Assembly: GCA_964016885.1 (NCBI GenBank)
Contig: OZ024752.1
Coordinates: 12,152,001-12,216,000 of the forward strand
DNA length: 64,000 nt
Direction: 5' to 3'
Origin: Eledone cirrhosa
Taxonomy: Eukaryota
In this document: in pieces, positions 28,155-41,000 of the stretch
Position numbering within the stretch: the first letter of the stretch is position 1
Layout: the number at the start of each line of letters is the position of its first letter
The notes under the pieces: model-generated
Seen by the model: the letters and a program-made list of their open reading frames with translations, nothing else
Told to the model about the DNA's origin: nothing
Databases searched by the model: none
Translations under genes and position numbers: made by a program

Positions 28155-29418
28155 CGTTGTGCAGACAGTATTTGAGGACAGATTTATGGTTTAAAAAAAC
28201 AACACATATAATAACAGAAAAAACTGTATTCTTATAAAAATAACATAAACATAAAGCTAAATTATCAATTTAATAATTTCATACAATAAAACCACCGTAA
28301 GCATCAATAACTGCCTCTACACGGGGTCGAAATGATTTGCAAGCCCTGTTTAAGTGGTCCTTGTTCATATCGGACAGACTCGAACTATTGCGGCTTTCAA
28401 AGAATCTTTTGTGCTATGGGGGTGTTCATTGACATTTTTCTCAACAATGCTCCATACATAGTTGTCCAGTGGATTGAGATCTGGAGAATTAGGTGGCCAA
28501 ATGTTGGGGGTGATGTGATCATGCAAATTGTCGGCCATCCATCCTTGTGTGATGGTGCAGAATCTTGTTGAAAGACATAAGACCTTCCATTGCATACACT
28601 GTTGATCCAAGGCTTAACAACTTTATCCAGAACCTCCAGAACGCAGCAGCATTCACCCTAAGGCCTTGTGGAAAAAAGTGAGGAGGATCATATATCCTTC
28701 ATTGCTAACAACACCCAAAACCATGACACTTGCAGGAAATTTTGTGTGCATAACTCTTGGAACCTCAGAAGGGTCTGCACATAGCCACCTGTCATTTCTT
28801 CTATTAGTTTTCTGGTCCTGGTCAAAGTGTTTCTCATCTGTGAAAAACCAAATCACACCATCTTTTGATGGTGTGATTTGGTTTTTCACAGATGGATTTT
28901 TAAGTTTGTTCAAAAGTCTTTTGGATCTGATTAAACGGTTTTCTTTTGTATTTTTCTGACATGAATCGACCTCTCCTCATCACGTAAGATTTGTATCTGA
29001 TGTCTTCATGCACACCATTTCTGATTGTTTTTTCTGACACACCAACATTTTTTGCAATTGACCTAATTGATTTTCCTAGATTGTCATCAATGTTTTGCTT
29101 AACTTCCTGAATAAATTCAGGTGTCCTGGTAGAATCAGAGCATTTGGAATGTGTTTTACGTTTTGATACAGGTAATACGCTTCCATCCTCTTTCTCTAAC
29201 TAACACCGAATTGTGTGGGCAAAAGATCTTGCAACTTTCAGAAAACGAGAAATTTCTAAATCACCATGCTTAGCCTCCAAAGCCACAATCACAGCGTGCC
29301 TTTTCATTTCATTAGTAAGCATAGTTATTTTCATTGTTATTTTCTGAAACAAGTTCAATTTAGTCAAATAAAATAATGACTAAAAATGCATGTGTCCTCA
29401 AATACCGTCCGCACCTTG
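28155..29418 (-). mobile_element. Tc1/mariner (maT/DD37D-like) DNA transposon, full-length but decayed (mirror 54086-55349, plus)
   Basis: WFFTDEK, FQQDSAP and WPPNSPDLNPLD triad motifs. Imperfect ~27-bp TIRs GTGC(G/A)GAC(G/A)GTATTTGAGGACA, with TA at one end. Frameshifts present. Confidence 0.88.
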
Positions 29419-29837
29419 TATTATAGCTTAATTGTTATACATTATTGTTTCGTCTTGTTTCTTACTCCAAAGACAGTGCTTTGGCTTGTGCCAGACGTTG
29501 TGATCCCGGTTGACCAACATATCGTTTCTAGGTGCCGAAACTGCCAAAGTTCATCACAACGGCTGAAGACTCTGGAGTTCTGTGTCTTTCGTTTCTATAT
29601 TTATTTTCAAAACATACATATATATATAATTTAATACAAATGCTCGGATTTACTACTTAGAATCTTTGAGCTTACTCCACAGGTGGTATGGCGCATGATT
29701 CTGATATTCTCAGACATAACATCCTTAATCTAATTTTGTTACTATATATATACACACAGTTCAAGAGTAACCAATCTGTTGACAATCTTTTAATAATGTC
29801 TTCCTTGTGAAGTTTGTGGTCTTGTTTTTCTTAACTA

Positions 29838-29868
<31 letters not shown>

Positions 29869-30102
29869 ATTCTTTCTTCTATTGGCACAAGGCCAGCAAT
29901 TATCGCAGTGCATTACTGGTACTTTATTTTATCGACCCCGTAAGGATGAAAGGCAGAGTTAACTTCGGCGGTATTTGAATTCATACTGTAAAAGGCCGTA
30001 ACTCTATGCTGAAAAGCATGGCGTCCGACCTTCTACCGATACTGCCAATCCACCACCGTATTTCTAATAATATTGATTCTTTTCTTCAGCGTTTTTGGTG
30101 AC

Positions 30103-30118
30103 ATGATGTTCCCTTCAG
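30103..30118 (+). CDS. Candidate first coding micro-exon of the fucosyltransferase (exon 30090-30118; mirror 53386-53401, minus)
   Basis: TTCTTTTCTTCAG acceptor, ATG ATG TTC CCT TCA G, GTATGA donor. The phase-1 join to the acceptor at 35130 gives MMFPSGKRMCILF. Confidence 0.5.
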
Positions 30119-30644
30119 GTATGATGTTCCCTGAGGAATTTTACCAGTAGAACGAAAAGATCTTCAACACCAATTCTATCAACAGGCAAAGAAAGTTCAC
30201 ACAGACGTTACAATGGATTTCTCCTTTCTGAAACGTAATTATGTTTCTTTCTAATCTGATTAATACTAGTTTCGATTAAATCGACCCCAGTGCGTTACTG
30301 GTACTTTAGTTTATCAACCCCGTAAGGATGAAAGGCAGAGCTAACCTTGGTGGGATTTGAACTCAGAACGTAAAGGGACCTAACTCTGTGCTGCACAGCA
30401 TGGTGTCCGACGCTCTACCGATACTGCCAACCCCCACCCTCTAATCTGATTAATAATAAGGAGATAAACAAATGTAATAATTGATTATGAGAATAGTTAA
30501 GAATATATTCTTTATTTCAATCTACTCTCCATACTTCATACAAATATTTCCATTAATTTATTGTGTATTTAAGATATTTCAACGCTACATTGTACTAAAG
30601 AATATGTCTATGAATTTTAGCTAATGCTAAGAATAGATATATTT

Positions 30645-31110
30645 CTTTATTTGCCACAAGGGAGCACAAGACATATGCCGGGTATTTTACATACAGTCGT
30701 GTAAAAAAGTTTTAACATGAAAATATAACAATCGAAATCCCCAATAGGGGGGAGGCGTTACAAATGGGTTGTTTTATACCCCGTAGATAGAACAACCCTC
30801 AACTCCAGCAGCATGTTATGCAAACGCTCCTTTCTTCCTTTCGCTCTCTTCTTCAACCTACAAGTTTATATACAAAGAAGGCCCAATCACTCGGGCCATT
30901 TTCGCCACATTCACCCACTTTTCAGTAAATTTACTGGAGTGCAGTACCTCTCTCTCCTCTTTGATTCTCCTTCTAAAGTGGTACCTAAAGAAGGGAATGA
31001 GTTGTTGTCCGGAGAGAAATGCATCTGTCCTCAGTCCTCTCAACCTTGTCCACCATATAACCTCTTTCACCATAGCCACTATACAGAGGAAAACCGCCTC
31101 TCTTTCGTTT
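30645..31110 (-). mobile_element. 5'-truncated Tx1/L1 3' end (mirror 52394-52859)
   Basis: VKEVIWWTRLRGLRTDAFLSGQQLIPFFRYHF is homologous to 43404-43709. Terminus CCCTTGTGGCAAATAAAGAAA. Confidence 0.8.
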
Positions 31111-33588
31111 TTAAATGCTAAGAATAGATAGGAGGCGAATTGGCAAAGTCGGTAAACATCGGATAGAATGTTTTATGGTATTTGTTCCGACTCTCTGCTC
31201 TCTGAGTTCAAATCCCACCAAGGTCAACTTTGCCTTTCATCCTTTCTAGGTCGATAAAAAAAGTACCAGTCTAGTACTGGGTTGATTCATCCTTTCCTTG
31301 GAAGAAATCTGCTAGGCTTAAAATCCTCAATACACCATAAGTCAAAATGGCGTCCCTACGACTCTATCAGAAGTGACGGGACTAAAAAAAAAATAGATCA
31401 ATGCAATGTTGGTCCAGTGACTCTGAAACAAGATTATATTCCAATTTTTTTTATTATTTGATCTGTGGAGGGTGGAGAGTGGTGGAGAGAACGACTATAG
31501 TTGATTTAATTAAACATACAACTTGAAATATAAATTTGAACTCGGAAAGTTTTGAACTCAAAACCTAAACCAGAGGTTCTCAAATCTTTTGGGTCACCAC
31601 CACCCTCACGATCACGTAATGCCCTCAGATCCCTCAACCCTATTTCCAGAGAGACCTACCTACACGCAAATTGTAAATATGATATTATAAATAAAATCGT
31701 TAATTTATATATACTAAATAATATAATATATACTATGTATAAATAAATATCATATTTTTTTTTATTTTACTATATTTTTACATAATATGTATCATTTGAT
31801 ATTTAATATACTATTATATCATCTCTACCGCCTCCTTAGGCTCCAGTACACCCCTGGACCTTCTCAATGCGCCCCGGGGTGATAGCGCCCACTCTCAGAA
31901 TCTCTGACCTAAAGGCATATAATTTAATACCATAAGGGATTGTTAATTCTAATCTTTTAGTCTGCCGTTTAAATAATGTTTTCTAACATTTGGCACAATG
32001 TGGGAAGATAAATGTCTAAATAATAATTGACGCCATGCTTTGCAGCATAGAGTTACGGCCCTTTATGGACCGAATTCAAATCCCGCCGAGGTTAGCTTTG
32101 CCTTTCTTCCTTACGGGGTCGATAAAATAAAATACCAGTAATGCACTGGGGTCGATTTAATCGACTTTCCCCTCCCTTTCAAATTGCTGGCCTTGTGCCT
32201 AAAGTAGAAACAATTATTACTAGCAAAAAAAAAACACCCAAAGGGGGTGGTGTCTGCTAGCATGTGTAGTGTGCATATTGATATTATATGCAAATATATA
32301 TGCATGTAGATATGATACGTCAAATAAAATCGTAATTCACAATATGCACAGAAATTGAAGAGAGACTGTGTTACGCTCTCTTCTGTAATCAGTAAAGTAA
32401 CCCAGGATACATTTAAAAAGACAATATTATATATAAACTGCATTACGGTGAAATGTAATGAAAACGAAAAAGGAGAAAATTAGCGACAGAAATATAAACG
32501 TTATGATGCAAATATATGAACGTTTATATAAGCGATGTGATATAGCGTACGGCTGTAAGTGTTATGATATAATGGACGCTACCCGGAAAGAAGTGAATCT
32601 TAAAATAAGCAATCATTATATATAAGGATATTTATGTTTAATCAACTGCTACGAAATTTAGTACATAAATTCATCATCATCATCATCATCATTTTTACGT
32701 CCACTTTTCCCTGCTTGCAAGGGTGGGACGGGAACTGATTCAGGCTTGATTTCTACAGCTGGATGCCCTTCCTATCACCAACCTCATTTACAGTGAGTGC
32801 TGGGTGCTTTTTTCGTGGCGCCTACACGTCCACTTTTCAGTGTGGGCTGGGTGCTTTTTTGCCGTGGCACCTCCACGACCACTTTGCAGTGGAATGATAA
32901 GGACCCCAGTCCCTATCATCTCATTTCTACAGCTGAGTAAACTGGAGCAAAGTGTCTTGCTCAAGGAAACAACACATCACCCGGTCTGAGAATTGAACTC
33001 ACAACCTTTCGATTGCAAGGCCAATGCTCTAACCACTAAGCCATGTGCCTCCATTATGTAATATTAATTCATTATTTATTCAAAGTAGGGCGGTGAATTG
33101 GCAGTATCGGTAGAGGGTCGGACGCCATGCTTTCCAGCATAGTTACGTCCCTTTACGATCTGAGTTCAAATCCCGCCGAGGTTGACTTTGCTTTTCATCC
33201 TTACGGGGTCGATAAAATAAAGTACCAGTAATGCACTGGGTAATTGCTGGCCTTATGCCTAACGTAGAAACATTTATTTATTCAAAGTAATCCAACTTAT
33301 TTAAATAACGTGTTCAGAAAAAAAAAAAATATTACTGACACAGTGTCGCAGTCCTTCAATCATTATATAGTAATGTGGATTGGCAGTATTGATGCTTTGT
33401 GGCATAAAGTTACACACTTTTACTTTCTGAGTTCAAATCTCGCCGAGGTTAGCTTTGCCTTTCATCCTCACGGGGTCGATAAAATAAAGCATCAGTAATA
33501 TACTGGTGCCGACTCCCCCCCCCCCCACCCAAAAAAAAAATTGCTGGCCTTGTGCCTAAATCAGCAACCATTATTATTATTATTTCTT

Positions 33589-34118
33589 TAAAGGGCTATA
33601 CCCAACCTAAAGGGCTATACCAAACCTAAAGCGTTATACCAAACCTAAAGGGCTATACCAAACCTAAAGCGTTATACCAAACCTTAAGGGTTATACCAAA
33701 CCTAAAGGGCTATACCAAACCTAAAGCGTTATACCAAACCTAAAGGGCTATACCAAACCTAAAGCGTTATACCAAACCTAAAGCGTTATACCAAACCTAA
33801 AGCGCTATACAAAACCTAAAGGGCTATACCAAACCTAAAGCGTTATACCAAACCTAAAGGGCTATACCAAACCTAAAGCGTTATACCAAACCTAAAGGGT
33901 TATACCAAACCTAAAGGGCTATACCAAACCTAAAGCGCTATACCAAACCTAAAGGGCTATACCAAACCTAAAGCGTTATACCAAACCTAAAGGGTTATAC
34001 CAAACCTTAAGGGTTATACCAAACCTAAAGGGTTATACCAAACCTTAAGGGTTATACCAAACCTAAAGGGCTATACCAAACCTAAAGCGTTATACCAAAC
34101 CTTAAGGGTTATACCAAA
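33589..34118. repeat. 19-bp tandem minisatellite (~28 copies; mirror 49386-49915)
   Basis: Unit TAAAG(G/C)G(C/T)TATACCAAACC with a few alternating variants. Confidence 0.95.
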
Positions 34119-35129
34119 ACAGAGACAGTGAGGATTTACATAAAACTTATATTTAAAAAAAATAAGGAACAATTATCAAAAATTGTTTCTACTTTAGGCA
34201 CAAGGTCAGCAATTTTAAGGGGAGCGGAAAGTTGATTCAATCGAATCCAGTGCATTACTGGTACTTTATTTTATCAACCCTGTAAGGATGAAAGGCAAAG
34301 CTAACCTCGGCGTGATTTGAACTCAGAACGTGAAGGGACGTAACTCTATGTAACGATGCTCTAGCGATACTGCCAACCCGCTGCCTTAAATTATCAATAA
34401 ATTAATACCAATAAAACGCCTCAACAGCTGGGAATGTCACCAGGAGTAATAGTATAATGATAAAAAAAATTGTAAAAATAATTGTTTCTACATTTGGCAC
34501 AAGACCAGCAATTACCCAATACATTACTGGTACTTTATTTTATCGACATCGTAAGGATGAAAGGCAAAGTTAACCTCGGCGGGATTTGAACTCAGTCCGT
34601 AAAGGGACGTAACACTGTGTTGCAAAGAATGGCGTCCGACGCTCTACCGATACTGCCAATCCACTACAATTGTAAAAAAATTGTAAAAATAATTGTTTCT
34701 ATTTTAGGCACAAGGCCAGCAATTATCCCAGTACATTACTGGTACTTTATTTTATCGACCCCGTAAGGATGAAAGGCAAAGTTAACCTCGGCGGGATTTG
34801 AACTCAGATCATAAAGGGACGTAATTCTATGCTTCTAAGCATGGTGTTCGACTCTCTACCGATACTGCCAATTGTAAAAATAATAACGGGGAAAGCGATA
34901 CAAGGCTAAAAAATGCTTATTCTCAGCAGTTCCAGTGAGCAGCAGACACGAGATGAAGGTAAAAATAATGTTTGGTCATAAATTATGGAGAGTAGGTAGG
35001 GAGTAGTTTCATTATAGCCCTAGGTCAACATAATTCCTTTTGTACCCCTGCTAAATGTTTCGATAACAACGTTACTTATTACATTTAAAATTACTATTAC
35101 ATTATATAGTTTCTATTTTTATTTTACAG

Positions 35130-36916
35130 GTAAACGCATGTGTATATTATTTTCTACCATGGCTTTTGTTTCCATGTATTTTGTCTTTATGGGAATTCCC
35201 TTCACCAGATTTCCACAAAGAATACTTAATTTCAAATTACCAGTCAATTTCATAATAAATAGCAAATTGGAAATGGTCACCACACCGTCTACTCTTCTTA
35301 ATCCAACTATGTTGAAAAAACGTATAACATCTACTCACTCACCTACCTACCATAAGACTACAAGTTTGAAAACACGAGCAACAAGAACTCAACCACCTAC
35401 CTACCATAAGACTACAAGTTTGAAAACACGAGCAACAAGCACTCAACCACCTACCTACCATAAGACTACAAGTTTGAAAACACGAGCAACAAGCACTCAA
35501 CCACCTACCTACCATAAGACTACAAGTTTGAAAACACGAGCAACAAGCACTCAACCACCTACCTACCATAAGACTACAAGTTTGAAAACACGAGCAACAA
35601 GCACTCAACCACCTACCTACCATAAGACTACAAGTTTGAAAACACGAGCAACAAGCACTCAACCACCTACCTACCATAAGACTACAAGTTTGAAAACACG
35701 AGCAACAAGCACTCAACCACCTACCTACCATAACACTACAAGTTTAAAAACACGAGCAACAAGAACTCAACCACCTACCTACCATAAGACTACAAGTTTG
35801 AAAACACGAGCAACAAGCACTCAACCACCTACCTACCATAAGACTACAAGTTTGAAAACACGAGCAACAAGCACTCAACCACCTACCTACCATAAGACTA
35901 CAAGTTTGAAAACACGAGCAACAAGCACTCAACCACCTACCTACCATAAGACTACAAGTTTGAAAACACGAGCAACAAGCACTCAACCACCTACCTACCA
36001 TAACACTACAAGTTTAAAAACACGAGCAACAAGAACTCAACCACCTACCTACCATAACACTACAAGTTTGGAAAGACAAAGAACTACACAAAAATACGTG
36101 TGCATCAATTTAGTTTCAAGGTTGGGAAATCAAATGTTTGTTTTTGCTACAGGTTTAGGAATAGCAAGGCTTAGAAATAGGAATTTGATCGTTTGTAATG
36201 CAAAAATATTTTTACTCGATACATTTGATATTAAAGGTTTTGGGAGAAATGTATCAATTTGCAGAAAGGCTAAGAGAAAATATGAACATCATCCAAGTGC
36301 TTTTGATTCTGATTTATTTGATATTAATAATTACAACAATATTTTTATTGGGACTTTTTTACAGTCTTACAAGTATTTTGAACACATATTCGACGAAATC
36401 CGTACTCAGTTCATTTTTAAAAAGAACATTAAACAGAAAGCTGTTAGAATTCTAAAGAACTTTGTTAAAACTCATGAAAACATTACTATAAATACATCAA
36501 TAAAGAACTGGACGTTAGTGGGAATACATGCACGACGTGGTGATATGGTAAACAACAAATGGGGATTTACCACAGCTACAAAGGAATATTTCATAAAGGC
36601 AAAAAAATGGTTTCGATCTCATTATAAAAATGTGATATTTATTGTTTGTTCTGATGGTATACCATGGTGTGAAAAAAATATATTTGACAATAGTACTTAT
36701 TTTGTAAAAGGTAACTCACCAGCAGAAGATATGGCTATTCTATCTAGCTGTGATCATTTGATTTCTTCTCTAGGTACTTTCAGCTGGTGGGCCGGATTCT
36801 TCTCTAAAGGAAAAGTTACTTACTATTTCCCACCAGCTATAGAAAATTCAGCCCGTCGACGTGATTATAGTGCTGACTATAAGGACTATTTTTTGCCACA
36901 ATGGATTCGTCTTTAG
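35130..36916 (+). CDS. GT11 galactoside alpha-1,2-fucosyltransferase (FUT1/FUT2-like), type II membrane protein with a 14x18-aa mucin-like stem
   Basis: RLGNQMF, FLQSYKYF, VGIHARRGD, FIVCSD..WC, EDMAILSSCDHLI.S.GTFSWWA are GT11 motifs. An N-terminal hydrophobic helix is preceded by KR. Strong acceptor TTTTATTTTACAG at 35129, ATG at 35138. Confidence 0.93.
35332..36070 (+). repeat. Coding 54-bp VNTR, 14 units
   Basis: TQPPTYH(K/N)TTSLKTRAT(S/R). N variants occur at units 8, 13 and 14. Confidence 0.95.
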
Positions 36917-37329
36917 TTATATGAATCTAGGGCGGGTAAAATTCCCGAGATTCATGGACGAGTTCTCTCCAGCGGTCTCTGTCCTTCATCATCACTGCCA
37001 CGTCCTGCGTCTCCCAGAGACCAGTGTCTGTCCTTAGGGCATCAATATGTCAACCTCGGTCTGCCTCTTCCAGTGTGTCCATGCAGGGGCTCCCACAGGA
37101 GCACTGAGTGCAGTGCCAACTCTGAATGTCAGTGAGCATGTCTAGCTAACCTCAGTCTCCTCTGTGTCACTTTCAAGCTGTCTTTTGAGAGGCATCCATA
37201 CAGCTCTGAATTCTTCATCCTCAGTTATATGAATAAAAATTTCAAAACACCTAAACAGAATTTTAATAATGGTTCAACTAAGTCATAAGTTATCATTCTA
37301 CTTTGATAAAATTGTTAAACGTTTATTTT

Positions 37330-37384
37330 GGTGAGTACATGGTGAGTACATGGTGAGTACATGGTGAGTACATGGTGAGTACAT
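37330..37384. repeat. 11-bp tandem repeat GGTGAGTACAT
   Basis: 5 copies here and 6 copies in the other arm (46541-46606). Confidence 0.9.
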
Positions 37385-37459
37385 GTTTATGGAATATCTA
37401 TATTTATGGCACCATACATAACTTGAACCATACATAAGTACATGCATGCCTACATATGT

Positions 37460-38017
37460 GATGATTGCAGCGTCTTCACAGACGATTGCCCTCTCTTATA
37501 GATTCTTTATTGTCATCCCATCTTCGTCCACGACTTCGTAGATGACTTTAGACCAGCTGTAGATCTACATGGTTTAAGACACAGGTGACAGAAGAGAGTT
37601 GGGCTTTCCACAGAACCGGTGGTGTCACCCCGTGGGACACAATCTTTATGTACCACCATGTGTCTTTTTAGTCCGGAACTAGTTCTACACACTTTGTTGC
37701 ATATCACGCACGTTGTTTCGCCAGGTCTTTGTTGAGTGGTGTTGCAGGTGGTTATCCTTTCATGTGACTTCAGGTGATTAACATAACCAACCTTTGAAGC
37801 GTACACACTGAGAGTACACACGCCTTTGAGACGTGTACACATGTCCAACTACTGATGACTTCATCAAGACTGTGAACGCAGCCCTTCCGGAGCTACCGCT
37901 TCAGTTGTTTATGTTCTAGACGACATTCCTCAAAAGATTTGCAACTGCCCTTTATGTGCTTTCTCCACTCAGCCCTATTTAGAGCTATCTCCTCCCAGTT
38001 GTCTATATCAAATGCCC
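37460..38017 (-). mobile_element. RTE-type LINE 3' end with C2H2 zinc-finger-like motifs
   Basis: IDNWEEIALNRAEWRKHI..C..FEE.R followed by CVICNKVCRTSSGLKRHMVVH and CHLCLKPCRSTAGLKS. Another RTE-like scrap lies at ~36945-37220. Confidence 0.75.
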
Positions 38018-38097
38018 TTACCGGGTCGATAAAATAAAGTACCAGTATGCACTGGGTAATTGCTGGCCTTGTGCCTAAAGTAGAAACAATTATTATA

Positions 38098-41000
38098 TGG
38101 ACGCACATGTGTGAAGATGCACAAGTTTGAGGTGGAAAAGGTTCGTAACTTTAAGCTGTTTTAAAGTATCATTTTTTGTATTTTCTTGTCGATAACGAAG
38201 CATCAGGTACCTACCTTGGTTCCAAGGAGGGGAGACCTCTCAATATTCGGGCTTTAAGCCCGATTATTCAGATTTATTTTTTAAAACTCAGAAAAAAAAA
38301 ATCGCTTCTCCATAAAAAAAAACATTAAAAAAATGGAAAATTTCGACCTTGAAACAGTAAACAACGTACAGGTAAACAACGTACAGGTAAACAACGTACA
38401 GGTAAACAACGTACAGGTAAACAACGTACAGGTCAAAAGTTCAAAAACATCCACTATAGAAACAACAACAACACCAACACCAACACCAACACCAACAACT
38501 ACTACTACTACTACTACAGACAAGTATGTCCCCCATCCCACTGAATAAAAAAACAAAACACAAAAGTTACCATCACAACCTTTTGTGATGGTAGCAGTAC
38601 CATCTCAAAATGACATCACCACTTCCGCCGCCGCCACCACCACCACCAACACAACAACAACCCAGAACAACAACGACCATAACACCCGACAGCCTCAATG
38701 TAAACATTGTAAACAATGTAAACACTGATGGCGGCGGCAACGGCAACAGCAACAAACAAAACTATAACAACAACACCAACAACAAGAGCAAGAACGACAA
38801 CACCAACAACAAGAGCAACAGAGGCACCACCTTTGCAGCGGCAGCAGCGAAAACAAAGCGCTTTTTCAATGTAGATATTGGCGATAAGGAACAACAGTTG
38901 GCCCAGGCGTGGAGGTTAATTAAACGAGAGAAGTCCTGGGTAAACATGGCCATCCTGGACAGGGAAATAGCGGCCATGCCAAGGAGGACGGTGTACTTTC
39001 GAAGCATTTCAGTGCAGACGCGCAAAGTAGAACTCGTCAGCCAAGCAGAGGTCGAGGCTGCTTTGAGGTGTATCGGAAGTGACATCGAGTACAAAGCAAG
39101 GGCCAAGCAGTTCGGTACCATCTCGGTACTGTTCAGAACCGAGGCTCTTGCTATTAAGCACTCGGTGACCCCCTGCAGAACGCATTATCATGCACCCGTC
39201 CCACAGGCAAACGGACAGTGAAAGTCCGCATTCCCAGGATCCCACCAGGAATGAACATATGGTGGCTCCTGGGATGCGAAATCGAGGAGGGGACAGACAC
39301 TACCCTCCTAGATATCAAAAGGACAGAGAGAGAAGACTGTTCCGGAATGGATTTGGAGATTCTTCTCCAAATGAAACCAGAAGACAACAACAACATCCCG
39401 GATTTTTCCAGCCTGCAGGACGGGACAACAATCCAATTAAACACTGAGGGAAGAAGGCCGCACTTCTTCGTCTGCGGGGAAGCAACGCATCTGCAAGCCT
39501 TCTGCCCTCAGCTCAAAAATGCAGGGGGTCGCAAACCTCTTTTGTTACCAACGCCAGTGTCAGCACGGAAAGCTGCACCACCAACATAAAAAACAACACC
39601 AACAAAGACACGGGTAACCCCACCAACATCAAAAAGAGCCGGACCACCACCAACACCGAAACCAATCCAAGGGGAAAACGAGGAAAGCGTTCCCACTCCC
39701 CCTACCCCTCCAATTATACACATAGACAAAACAATAAACGCACACACAAAGACAGATACACTCACAGCCACAGACCCTTTGTCTTCCAGCAGCGAAGATG
39801 AAGGAAAACCCAAAAGTGCCAAAAAAGCAAAAGAGAAAACTCACAAAAAAGCCCTAACAAAACACAAAAACATACACAACAAAAAGTAGAGACACCACTA
39901 ACGCAAACACTTCCCCAATAACATCAGCATCAACATCAACATCAACACCATCCCCACAATCCCCCAAACGCAAACAACCTAAACAAACGCAAGAACAAAT
40001 AAACACACAGACACCTGAAATTGCAGACACCACACCTACAACAAACACAGACATACCCGAAACACCACCACCAAAAGCATCACTACCACAGTCACCAAAA
40101 CGAAAATAAATAAAACCACACCAACAAAATATTAAAAACTTCGTGCTTGTCAGAAGGGCCAACGATAAACTGATAGCCCTCTTAGCACGAAGCGAGGACA
40201 TTCAAACAGAGGGGGAGATCTTTGAAATGAGCACACTTTGTGTGCCAGAAGATTTGATTCTGGTCCGAATGTCGCTCGATTCCTCCAAAGAAATTCGGGA
40301 AAGCTTTCCTCAAGACGTGGGAACCCCGAATGTGAAACCCACATCGAGACCTTTAAAGGGGTTCCCCAAAGAAACCCCACCAACCATGGAGGTCGAACCA
40401 CCCGACCTTCACAAGACCCCGGGAGGTAAGTAAACCTTCCCTCTCTCTTTTAGCTTGCCAACATGGCCATATTAAGAGTAGGAAGTTTAAATGTTCGCGG
40501 CCTGGGGTCACCCTGGAAGCAGGGTCGCCTACACAACGACCTCAGGTCTCTGGAAATGGATGTGATTGCCGTCAGCGAGACCAGGATTTCCGACACGCGC
40601 GCACTAGCCCCAATTTTCGACGACTATCAGATCTTCGTATTTGTTAGCAGGCTGAGAATGGAGGTGGGGTGATAGTGCTGTTTAGGAAAGGCCTGGATCT
40701 CGAGGTAAGGTCGATCTTCCAGGACCCGGACGATAAGTTGGTGGTCCTGGATGTGAGCAGTAGCGAAGATGGTTCTTTAGACTGCTGGCCTGGAAACCTT
40801 TCTGGGTACATCTCGCTCTTTACTGTTAGCTGGGGACTGGAACGGCATCTTAGACGCATGCTGGGATTGTGTGGGAGTAGCTGATAGGAGCGGGGGGTGC
40901 AAAGCCTCAAGCACTTAATCAGCCAGTTCCAACTGTCTGACAGGTATCGAATAGATTTCCCCAATGCGCCAGTGTGGACGTGGACCAACCGCATAGGGTC

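Noticed and set aside
33589-34118. CRISPR-like or telomere-like array (contains TTAGG)
   Set aside because: Contiguous 19-bp units with no unique spacers and no cas genes, and not a pure telomeric repeat. An ordinary minisatellite.
35339-36001. Cys-rich antisense ORFs (MVGRWLSACCSCF repeats)
   Set aside because: Antisense shadow of the fucosyltransferase VNTR.
35138-36916. Bacterial horizontal transfer of the single-exon GT11 domain
   Set aside because: It has a type II membrane anchor, stem and splice acceptor, and animal FUT1/2 catalytic regions are commonly single-exon. A phylogeny would be needed to claim otherwise.
37513-37848. Host C2H2 zinc-finger gene
   Set aside because: Continuous with an RTE ORF C-terminus and broken by stops and frameshifts.
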